A stretch of DNA of 64,000 nucleotides from a virus (taxonomy: Duplodnaviria; Caudoviricetes), in IMG/VR virus record IMGVR_UViG_3300033273_000833, positions 1 through 64,000 of that record; one strand, written 5' to 3'. Both the position numbers and the translations under genes were made by a program. Below are positions 20,588-28,532 of this stretch, one piece after another. Positions within the stretch are counted from its first letter, which is position 1. The number at the start of each line of letters is the position of its first letter. Under the pieces are notes generated by a model that worked only from the letters and a program-made list of their open reading frames with translations, made no database searches and was not told the origin of the DNA.

Positions 20588-23500
20588 ATGAGTATCCAAA
20601 GGGCAATATTCATCAAATTATCAGGAGCTGAACCTTATGCTGGTGGTGACTGGAATGAATACCATGAATCTCCAGTATATATAGATACTAGCAAGACTGG
20701 TATTATTATCAGAGATGATTTTAATGTTAGTGGAGATGCGTATTTTGATTCTGGATCTTATTTTAGCGGGCACTTGTATCAGCATCAGGATTATAATTCA
20801 TATCTCTCTGGTAAACTTTTTGTTAATAAAACTGGTTATGTTTCAGGAGATTTAAATATATTAAAAGATTTAGATGTTTCGGGAGCTGTTGATATCTCTG
20901 GAGAGGTTTCTATTACTGGATCTACTAGAATAGAGAACGATTTAAATGTAAGTGGAGATTTAGATATAACTGGAAACTCTTATTTACAAAGCAATTTATA
21001 TTTAAATCAAACAGGATATATTACTGGAGACTTAAATATACTTAAAAAACTGCATCTTTCTGGAGAGGGTAATTTTTACTCTGCACCTAAAGTTCATGAT
21101 GATCTTTATGTGAGTGGAGATTCTATTTTATCAGGAAATAAATATATTAGCGGACAGTTAAATGTTTTAAATAAAGCTCACGTTTCTGGAGATTTAGTTG
21201 TAGAGCAGACTGGTTACGTAGAGAGAGACTTATTTGTTGGTGGAGATTTGTTTGTTTCTGGAGAAAAAACCATAATTAATACTTCTGAGTTAGTAATAGA
21301 GGATAAGAATATTCAACTAGCTTGGTCGTCGGGGGATGTCGGTAAATTTTCCAGAGGTCAGCTTGATGGCGCTGGAATAACAATAGTTGCTACGGGAGAA
21401 GGTAACTCTACTGAGGATATTTTATTTGTTTATGATGAAGGTTATGATGCATTAAATAGTAATGTAAATGTTTTTGTTTCGGAAGATTTGTTTGTAGAAA
21501 AAACAGGGCATATAAATAACTTAGTAGCATCTGGTTATTCTTTGTTTAAGGATAATATTAGGTTGAATAAAACTGGTTATTTTGAAGATGATGTATTTTT
21601 ATCAACAGGGTATGCGAAAGATATTGTAATTTCTGGTACAGGGCATAATCAAGAATTAATTGTTAGCGGAAATTCTTTATTTAAGGATGATGTATTTGTA
21701 GAAACAACAGGTTATATTAGTGGAGATTTGGAGGTAACGGGAGATGTTAGGGTAACTGGAGATGTTTATATTAGTGGAAATTTAGAATTTAACCATGTAA
21801 CTATACCAGGTAATTTATACATAAAAGATAAATTGTATGCAGAAAGCGGAGTTGTTTCTTCAGGAGATTTTATACTATCTAAAACTGGGTATGTTAGTGG
21901 CGACTTTAATGTAAAAGATGTACTAAAAGTTTCTGGTTCTGGTGATATAGAGGAGCTTTTTGTAAATACAGGAAAAATAAATGATATTGAAGTTTCTGGA
22001 GGCGCAGCTTTTGATGATGTAGTTAAAATTCATGAAACTGGATATGTGGGTAAATTACTAGAAGTTAGTGGAGTATCTAATTTTAAAAATAATTTATATT
22101 TAGATAAAACGGGGTATATTTCTGGTGATTTAGACATATCTGGGACGGGTTATATTACTGGAGACTTGAATGTAACAGGTAATGTAAATGTGACTGGGGA
22201 TGTAGTTGTTGGGGGAACTTTTATACCTCTTACTCACCAAAGTGTTCCTGGTAATTTCTATATAGGTGATAGGCTTTACGCTAAGAATGGGATAAACTCA
22301 TCTGGGTATTTATTATCTGAAGGTCAAATAACAGGACAGCAAGGGCTGGTTGTTAGTGGGTATAGTTATTTTGGGAATATTGATTCTACGGGTAGCGTTA
22401 ACTTATCAGGTGACGTAACTGTTACAGGAGATTTAGATTTATCTGGAAACTCTACCTTAACTGGAGATCTTACTCATACTGGAAGAGTTAATAGATCGGG
22501 AGTTACTGATCATAGGGGTGATTTAAATTTAAGTGGTAATTTAGATATTACAGGTGATGTATTCATTGATGGTAATATATATAATACTGGTAATAATTTT
22601 ATATTGGATACTACAACACTCAGGGTTTATGATAAAAATATTGAGCTAGCTACTGGTAGCGGCTATGGTAATCTAAGAAGAAATGAGTTGGATGGGGCAG
22701 GTATTACTATTAAAGCTTCTGGCGATAATAATGATATTGAATTATTATATAAGAATTCTGATGTAGCTTTGCATACTAATGTATCATTTTTGACTTCAGG
22801 TGATGTAACCACTAAACAAACTGGTTACATATACGAAGATTTAAATGTAGGTAAAAACTTAGATGTCTCAGGAGATTCAAACCTGAAAAAGAATTTATTT
22901 TTAGATCAAACAGGTTATATTTTAGGCGATCTAAATATACTCAAGGATCTTGACGTTTCTGGTAATGTAGATATCTCTGGAGAAACTACGATCACTGGAG
23001 CAACCAGGATCGAAGATAAACTTGATGTCAGTGGTACGCTTGATGTAACTGGAAAAACATTTTTACAAAGTGATTTACATGTAGGTCAAACTGGGTATAT
23101 AACTGGAGATTTTAATATTCTAGGTTTGACAAATATTACTGGAGCAACTAAGATTGAGAATCACCTTGATATCAGTGGAACTCTTGACGTAACTGGAAAA
23201 AGCTTCCTTCACAGTGATTTACACGTAGGACAAACTGGGTATATAACTGGAGACTTGAATGTAAGCGGTTCTGGTAGGTATGGCGGTGATGTGCTTTTAG
23301 AAAATAGTCAAAGTGGATTAGCTGTCTCTGCTATCGCTGGTGTTGGTACAGGAATTAGAGTTAATGATTGGATAGTTGACCATACTGTCATACAAACAGA
23401 CATTAATAATAAATCATTCACGGAACAATTAATTAATGGACCTTTAGCTAGCAACATCATCTCAATGAATGCTACCGTTTTCAGAAATAACGATAGTATA

Positions 23501-23662
23501 GCTTATTCAGTATACTCTGTAGCTAATCCATCTCAAGACCCTGATGGTCCAGGTTATAATTTCGAAATATCTTATAGCGGAAATACAGTTAAGGTAGTTG
23601 ATTTGGATGATGCATTGAGAATAGCAGACGAAGTTACTATTGATATAAGATATAAATCTTGA
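20588..23662 (+). CDS. Long fibre protein with VSGD/TGY repeats (1024 aa)
   Basis: Continuous GDL(N/D)VSG repeats and two EDKNI(Q/E)LA...LDGAGITI modules shared with 19553..20578. Confidence 0.6.
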   Translation: MSIQRAIFIKLSGAEPYAGGDWNEYHESPVYIDTSKTGIIIRDDFNVSGDAYFDSGSYFSGHLYQHQDYNSYLSGKLFVNKTGYVSGDLNILKDLDVSGAVDISGEVSITGSTRIENDLNVSGDLDITGNSYLQSNLYLNQTGYITGDLNILKKLHLSGEGNFYSAPKVHDDLYVSGDSILSGNKYISGQLNVLNKAHVSGDLVVEQTGYVERDLFVGGDLFVSGEKTIINTSELVIEDKNIQLAWSSGDVGKFSRGQLDGAGITIVATGEGNSTEDILFVYDEGYDALNSNVNVFVSEDLFVEKTGHINNLVASGYSLFKDNIRLNKTGYFEDDVFLSTGYAKDIVISGTGHNQELIVSGNSLFKDDVFVETTGYISGDLEVTGDVRVTGDVYISGNLEFNHVTIPGNLYIKDKLYAESGVVSSGDFILSKTGYVSGDFNVKDVLKVSGSGDIEELFVNTGKINDIEVSGGAAFDDVVKIHETGYVGKLLEVSGVSNFKNNLYLDKTGYISGDLDISGTGYITGDLNVTGNVNVTGDVVVGGTFIPLTHQSVPGNFYIGDRLYAKNGINSSGYLLSEGQITGQQGLVVSGYSYFGNIDSTGSVNLSGDVTVTGDLDLSGNSTLTGDLTHTGRVNRSGVTDHRGDLNLSGNLDITGDVFIDGNIYNTGNNFILDTTTLRVYDKNIELATGSGYGNLRRNELDGAGITIKASGDNNDIELLYKNSDVALHTNVSFLTSGDVTTKQTGYIYEDLNVGKNLDVSGDSNLKKNLFLDQTGYILGDLNILKDLDVSGNVDISGETTITGATRIEDKLDVSGTLDVTGKTFLQSDLHVGQTGYITGDFNILGLTNITGATKIENHLDISGTLDVTGKSFLHSDLHVGQTGYITGDLNVSGSGRYGGDVLLENSQSGLAVSAIAGVGTGIRVNDWIVDHTVIQTDINNKSFTEQLINGPLASNIISMNATVFRNNDSIAYSVYSVANPSQDPDGPGYNFEISYSGNTVKVVDLDDALRIADEVTIDIRYKS
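22991..23263 (+). repeat. 144-bp (48-aa) tandem duplication in the fibre gene
   Basis: ITGAT(R/K)IE...LHVGQTGYITGD units begin at 22991 and 23135. Confidence 0.85.
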
Positions 23663-23663
23663 A

Positions 23664-24041
23664 TTAGAAATCTATCTTAAAATTTTTAGTGTCTATATTT
23701 TTTTTATCTAAGTGATGTTTTGTTCCGTTTCGTTTTTTTGCGTAATCTTTAAAATATTTTTGCTTTATCGGATCAACCCCTCCATTTTGCTCCGCTCTTT
23801 TTGCTGAAAGTTCAGCGCTCGCATCCAGCATGTCTCCAAGTGTGCCTTTTTTGTTTTTAGTTTTATTGACAAAATCATTGTTGTCCCAAGGATTTATTGA
23901 AGCTTCTGTATTTAGATTTGGTGAATGATAAATTCTTTCCCATTTTACTCCATCAATTATAAGCTCTTTAATTTGATCCATATGAAAGAAAACTTCTTCA
24001 TATTTTTCTTCGTCTGGATGCTTAAATAGGTATATTGGCAT
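23664..24041 (-). CDS. FmdB-like small phage protein lacking zinc-ribbon cysteines
   Basis: MPIYLFKHPDEEKYEEVF start resembles MPxYxYxC of FmdB/CxxC proteins, but the protein has no Cys. Confidence 0.5.
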   Translation of the reverse strand: MPIYLFKHPDEEKYEEVFFHMDQIKELIIDGVKWERIYHSPNLNTEASINPWDNNDFVNKTKNKKGTLGDMLDASAELSAKRAEQNGGVDPIKQKYFKDYAKKRNGTKHHLDKKNIDTKNFKIDF

Positions 24042-25117
24042 TACATTATTTTGTTTAATAAAGTGTCAACTGTATTAGAGTATGTAAATTTTGACGCTGT
24101 CTCTAATCCTTTTTCATTTTTTTGTTTAGCTAAAGATTCAGATTTTTCAAATGCTTCGATTACACTTTCTGGAGAAAATATATTTGTTAATCCTTGATTG
24201 TATGCAGTATTTTCATGGAAAAATTTTCCATCATAAATAGGTATTTGGCTTGAAGGGTTAATTAGTATAGAGTTTTCGTTATTAGCCCAATCTTTATGGC
24301 TTGTGTGATTTAGTACTATACTCCATTTACCTAAACATGTTGCGTTAAAAGATGGCAAATTCCAGCCTTCTGCTCCGCTTAAACCTGATAAATCAATGTC
24401 TATTGCATTTAAAAAGTCATTAACTTCTGAGTTGGTTTTTAACCTTGGTAAAAATGATATATTCGAAAAGCTTTTTCCGCCAAATAGTATATTTAATCTT
24501 TGGTTTAACTCTCCCTGCTTCATGAATGGATTTTCAATTACACAGGTAAGTCGAAATTTATTATTATTTCCATATTTTTCTGCCCAAGAACTTAATATTA
24601 TTTCATGATTTTTTCTTTTTTCAAACTTTCCCATTAAGCCAAAATGAATAATGTCGTCTGATAAGTACTGCTTTCCTGTTACATGAAAATCTTCATCAAA
24701 TCCCATTGGACAAAATGAAGAATTAGGACAACTATCCTTGAAGCAATCTAAAGCGTGATTGGAACTAAAGAAAACGTGATCTTGGAAGTTTGCTAAAGTT
24801 TTTTCTTGTTCTGTAGGTTGGTCAGTTTCGTAAAAAGTTAACAAAGTTTGGTTTTTGGAGATTCTATTTTCAGATCCGTTGAGATGCCATAGCTGTAAGC
24901 ATGGCGTGTCGCTTTTTAAATTTACGTACCTTGTGTTAATCGACTCTTCCAGCCATTTCTTGAACTCTGTAGACATTTTATCAAACGCTGTCACTTCTAT
25001 ATTTCCATGTGGGAATATTTTAGTATCAATATTTTTTTTATGCAACTCTTTTAGTATATTGTAAGCTACATTTCCGAAAGATAGTGAATTAATTGGGCAT
25101 TTGACTATTAAACTCAT
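24041..25117 (-). CDS. GT4-like glycosyltransferase
   Basis: FGLMGKFEKRKNHEII and AEGWNLPSFNATCLGK motifs. Confidence 0.8.
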   Translation of the reverse strand: MSLIVKCPINSLSFGNVAYNILKELHKKNIDTKIFPHGNIEVTAFDKMSTEFKKWLEESINTRYVNLKSDTPCLQLWHLNGSENRISKNQTLLTFYETDQPTEQEKTLANFQDHVFFSSNHALDCFKDSCPNSSFCPMGFDEDFHVTGKQYLSDDIIHFGLMGKFEKRKNHEIILSSWAEKYGNNNKFRLTCVIENPFMKQGELNQRLNILFGGKSFSNISFLPRLKTNSEVNDFLNAIDIDLSGLSGAEGWNLPSFNATCLGKWSIVLNHTSHKDWANNENSILINPSSQIPIYDGKFFHENTAYNQGLTNIFSPESVIEAFEKSESLAKQKNEKGLETASKFTYSNTVDTLLNKIM

Positions 25118-25145
25118 ATGTATTATAAATTATAAATTATATTAT

Positions 25146-25490
25146 TCAATAGCTTTTTTTGTGCAAGTGTCCTTCCGCTAACATTATTTCATTTATGCTA
25201 TTATTTTTATCTCTATCTGTATAAAGTACGCCTAAGACTCTACCAAACTTACCACAACCAAATGACTCTAAATATATTTCTTCATTTGTAGATATTATTT
25301 TTTCTAAAAATTTTTTTGATTTTATACCTAACTCTTTTTCTTTCTTATTTCTGGTTCTGGTTTCTGGAGCATTAACTTCGTAAAACCTTATTCGTTTTTC
25401 GACGAAAGTATTAAATCCAAGGTCTATTACGGCGTCTACTGTGTCACCGTCTACGACTTTAATTATTGATTTTATTTTATAGTAATACAT
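25146..25490 (-). CDS. Thermonuclease (SNase-like) family nuclease
   Basis: KVVDGDTVD, RIRFYEVNAPE and GKFGRVLG motifs. Confidence 0.9.
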   Translation of the reverse strand: MYYYKIKSIIKVVDGDTVDAVIDLGFNTFVEKRIRFYEVNAPETRTRNKKEKELGIKSKKFLEKIISTNEEIYLESFGCGKFGRVLGVLYTDRDKNNSINEIMLAEGHLHKKSY

Positions 25491-25903
25491 TAGAATGGTA
25501 TATCATCCATTCTTGCATAATCTTCAGCGTCATCCTCAATAAAAACATTACTGTCAGAATCACTTTCTACTGGAACTACTTTTTTTTGTTCAGGTTTTTT
25601 ATCTCCTAGATCGTACTTCAGTAATTTAATGTAATCAACTAAGCAGTATAACCTTGATCTAGTTTGATTGTCTTTAGTTTTCCATGAGTTGTATCTCATT
25701 TTACCATCTATCAATACTGGCTTGCCTTTTTTGAGTTGAGGTAAGCAGTATTCTGCCTTTTTTCCCCATACTTCAGCGTCAATATAAGTTACTGTGTCCA
25801 TATCGTTAATTGCTATTGTAAAATTTACAACTAAATTATCTCCTTTAACTCTTTTAGCTACAGCGTCTTTAGTCAAATTTCCCATTCCTGAGTATCTATT
25901 CAT
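25490..25903 (-). CDS. ssb: Single-stranded DNA-binding protein
   Basis: GNLTKD, FTIAIN, EVWGKKAE, LKKGKPVLIDGKM OB-fold pattern; acidic tail ending DDIPF. Confidence 0.92.
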   Translation of the reverse strand: MNRYSGMGNLTKDAVAKRVKGDNLVVNFTIAINDMDTVTYIDAEVWGKKAEYCLPQLKKGKPVLIDGKMRYNSWKTKDNQTRSRLYCLVDYIKLLKYDLGDKKPEQKKVVPVESDSDSNVFIEDDAEDYARMDDIPF

Positions 25904-26510
25904 TTATGTTAATTATTCTCCTTAACTCTTTTATTGTTTTCTTGTGAAGGTTTATGCATCCTTGAATGGATAAGCCTACTTCTTCATGGATTAATCTCCA
26001 GGGTTTTATTTTATTATCCTTGTAAGAAAAATACCTAAGTTCAAATATTTTCTTAACCCTTTGATCTTTATGATTTTGTAAAAAACTATTTATTTTATTA
26101 AATAATTCTTTTGAATCTGATTTAATTAAATTAGAAACATGCTCTTCTTCGCTTAAAAAAGAGACCCAGTCTAGTTTTATTTCATCACAACTAATCTCTG
26201 GTTTTTTCTTGCTTTTATTGTAATTGTTTAGGCATAAATATTTCGCTTGATTGCCTAGGTGTGTTACGAATTTAACATTTTTTGAGAAGTCGAAGCTTTG
26301 TACAGCTTTATATATGTGATAATCTTTCTCACATAAAAGATCTTCTCTGTTTGAATACTCGCTATTTTCAGGAACATAGTGCTTTACCATTTCTATAAAA
26401 ATTCCTGAATGAGCTTCTATTATTCTATTTAAATTTGTCTCGACATTACAATCGTTTTGTATCTCTTCGATAACTTGATTTTCTTCGATAATTTGATTTT
26501 GCTTAATCAT
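25896..26510 (-). CDS. Phage sigma70-family sigma factor (regions 2 and 4 only)
   Basis: EDLL...IYKAVQSFDFSKNVKFVTHL (region 2) and KIFELRY...EEVGLSIQGCINLHKKTIKEL (region 4 HTH). Confidence 0.8.
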   Translation of the reverse strand: MIKQNQIIEENQVIEEIQNDCNVETNLNRIIEAHSGIFIEMVKHYVPENSEYSNREDLLCEKDYHIYKAVQSFDFSKNVKFVTHLGNQAKYLCLNNYNKSKKKPEISCDEIKLDWVSFLSEEEHVSNLIKSDSKELFNKINSFLQNHKDQRVKKIFELRYFSYKDNKIKPWRLIHEEVGLSIQGCINLHKKTIKELRRIININE

Positions 26511-27028
26511 GATCCTGTGCTACCAAAACCTCCTTTACCTCTTAATCCTTGAGGTGTGTTTTTAAAACCATCTATTGATATTTTGTTATGCTTGCAAAAA
26601 ATAACCTGAGCTATTTTATCCCCATGTTTGTAGATTTTAGATTTATTAACCGCATTTAATCCGACTGATATATCATCATTATTCTTAATGATATGGAGAT
26701 CTTCTGGTTGATAAATGTATTTAAATCTTAGCTTTATGGAGTTTTTGTATCCAGAATCTATGACGCCAACGCTATTACATAAAAGCAAGTTATACTTGCT
26801 TATGCTAGATCTAGGGTAAACTTTTGCATAATAAGTATACCCCTCTTTTTCGTCGAAATCAAACTCGACCTTGGTGTCGTATTCGATGTAAGAGATACTC
26901 TTGTAAAGATTAGCCATCCATACTTCTCCAACTATTCTAGGAGAACTATCTGCTACCAAGTCATAACCAGCATCTCCGTCGTTTTGCGGCTCCAATATGT
27001 TTTTCTTGTTTGCTATTTTAAGATTCAT
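26507..27028 (-). CDS. dut: Trimeric dUTPase
   Basis: AGYDL, PRSS, GVIDSGY, KIAQ and RGKGGFGSTG motifs. Confidence 0.95.
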   Translation of the reverse strand: MNLKIANKKNILEPQNDGDAGYDLVADSSPRIVGEVWMANLYKSISYIEYDTKVEFDFDEKEGYTYYAKVYPRSSISKYNLLLCNSVGVIDSGYKNSIKLRFKYIYQPEDLHIIKNNDDISVGLNAVNKSKIYKHGDKIAQVIFCKHNKISIDGFKNTPQGLRGKGGFGSTGS

Positions 27029-27338
27029 TTTTTTGAATTGAGTTTATTATTTGATCTAAATCTTTTGATAAATCATGTAGTCCTGCATTAGACAATATTT
27101 TGGGTGAGTAACAAAATGAGCATGATTCTATATTGGCTTCACTTCCTGAATATTCAGATAAATCAGTGACCATAATAGTAGGTGATATTTTCATATCCTT
27201 ATCACCCTCATAGGCTAATGATACAGCTTGAGTTGCGGCCTCCAAAACTGTTTCTGCTTTTATGGTTATCTCCCAGTTACCTGATGTGACTAAATATATT
27301 TTTTTAGTTTTCTCTCTTTCTGTATTTCTAAATGTCAT
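27018..27338 (-). CDS. Hypothetical protein (106 aa), first gene of a leftward operon
   Basis: Directly follows a sigma70-like promoter; overlaps dut. Confidence 0.65.
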   Translation of the reverse strand: MTFRNTEREKTKKIYLVTSGNWEITIKAETVLEAATQAVSLAYEGDKDMKISPTIMVTDLSEYSGSEANIESCSFCYSPKILSNAGLHDLSKDLDQIINSIQKNES

Positions 27339-27344
27339 GATTAA

Positions 27345-27373
27345 ATCATATACGAAAATTAATTCTAAGTCAA
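27345..27373 (-). promoter_or_regulatory. Sigma70-like promoter, leaderless
   Basis: TTGACT-17-TATGAT; ATG at 27338 is 7 nt past the -10 box. Confidence 0.75.
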
Positions 27374-27530
27374 TACTAAATAATTTTATATATATTGGTT
27401 ATTCGAAGTTATGCAATACAATATATTATTTATATTATATACTACGGTAGAGATTATATATAGTTAAAGTATTAAATCAAGCAAAAAAAATAAATTTGAA
27501 AAAAAAAATTAATTTCACAAAATATAATGT

Positions 27531-28433
27531 ATGAAGCATAGAAGATTTTCATCCCAAAACCATCCTATTGATATATCATTTCAAACAGTAAAAACAATTC
27601 ATACTACAGATGGCTCACCAAAAATAGAAATCATTAAAATTAAAGACCACGGATTGTGCTTGACAATGGAGGATGATATACAATTCTTGGAATCACAGCA
27701 CGAAACCTATCACGAGGTCTTCACACATACTCCATGCCGATACACAAACCAAATTGAAGATATACTTATTCTCGGAGGAGGGGATGGAGGTGTTGCCACA
27801 GAAATATTAAAATATCCTTCTGTAAAAAAAGTCACTATCGTCGACTTATCAAAAGAGGTAGTTGATCTATCCATTAAATATTTTCCAAAGATTTCCAGAG
27901 GACTGCAAGACCCCAAAACAGAAATTATCTATGATAACGCATGCTCTTGGATAAAAGATCATGAAAAAAAATATGATTTAATTTTTATAGACACAACTGA
28001 TTTTAACTTTAAGCACAATAATGATAATACAGTATTAGACCCATCTTGCTCAGAATCAAAAAAAATTAATTTGCGAGACTCTAATAATATATTTGCTTGC
28101 TTGAAAAATTTAAACGAAACAGGAATTATAGTATTCAACCATGACTTTTGCGGCCTAGACTCACACTCAATCTACGTGAAAGAAAATTTCTTAAGAAAAA
28201 AAATAAAAGACACTATACCTTTTACATCAAACATTCCATATTTTCCAGGAAACCAATATTGCTTTATCATGTGCAGTAATCAAGAATTTAAGAAGTTTAA
28301 CGAGTTAGACTTTTCAATAAATAATATAGATACAAGAATTTACAATAGAAATTCACATCTAGCCTCCCTCTTTATAAGCAAGGAGTATGAAGACTTCTTT
28401 CCTGGCCTTAAAATGGATATAGAAAAATGTTAA
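27531..28433 (+). CDS. speE: Spermidine synthase (aminopropyltransferase)
   Basis: YHEVFTH, ILILGGGDGG, VTIVDL, YDLIFIDTTD motifs. Confidence 0.88.
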   Translation: MKHRRFSSQNHPIDISFQTVKTIHTTDGSPKIEIIKIKDHGLCLTMEDDIQFLESQHETYHEVFTHTPCRYTNQIEDILILGGGDGGVATEILKYPSVKKVTIVDLSKEVVDLSIKYFPKISRGLQDPKTEIIYDNACSWIKDHEKKYDLIFIDTTDFNFKHNNDNTVLDPSCSESKKINLRDSNNIFACLKNLNETGIIVFNHDFCGLDSHSIYVKENFLRKKIKDTIPFTSNIPYFPGNQYCFIMCSNQEFKKFNELDFSINNIDTRIYNRNSHLASLFISKEYEDFFPGLKMDIEKC

Positions 28434-28452
28434 TAACTTATTAACTTAGCTA

Positions 28453-28481
28453 TTGACTTCAATCCTATTTATTGTTAGAAT
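28453..28481 (+). promoter_or_regulatory. Sigma70-like promoter upstream of nrdA
   Basis: TTGACT-17-TAGAAT. Confidence 0.75.
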
Positions 28482-28516
28482 TATTTTTAATTTGAAAAGA
28501 AAATTCCCCAACAATC

Positions 28517-28522
28517 GTGTAA
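28517..28522 (+). promoter_or_regulatory. GTGTAA motif
   Basis: 11 nt upstream of the nrdA ATG. Confidence 0.6.
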
Positions 28523-28532
28523 AATAATATTC

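Noticed and set aside
27442-27469. dif-like Xer site at the skew switch
   Set aside because: Only a partial match to the XerD arm (GTTAAA) and no XerC-like arm; expected by chance in AT-rich DNA.
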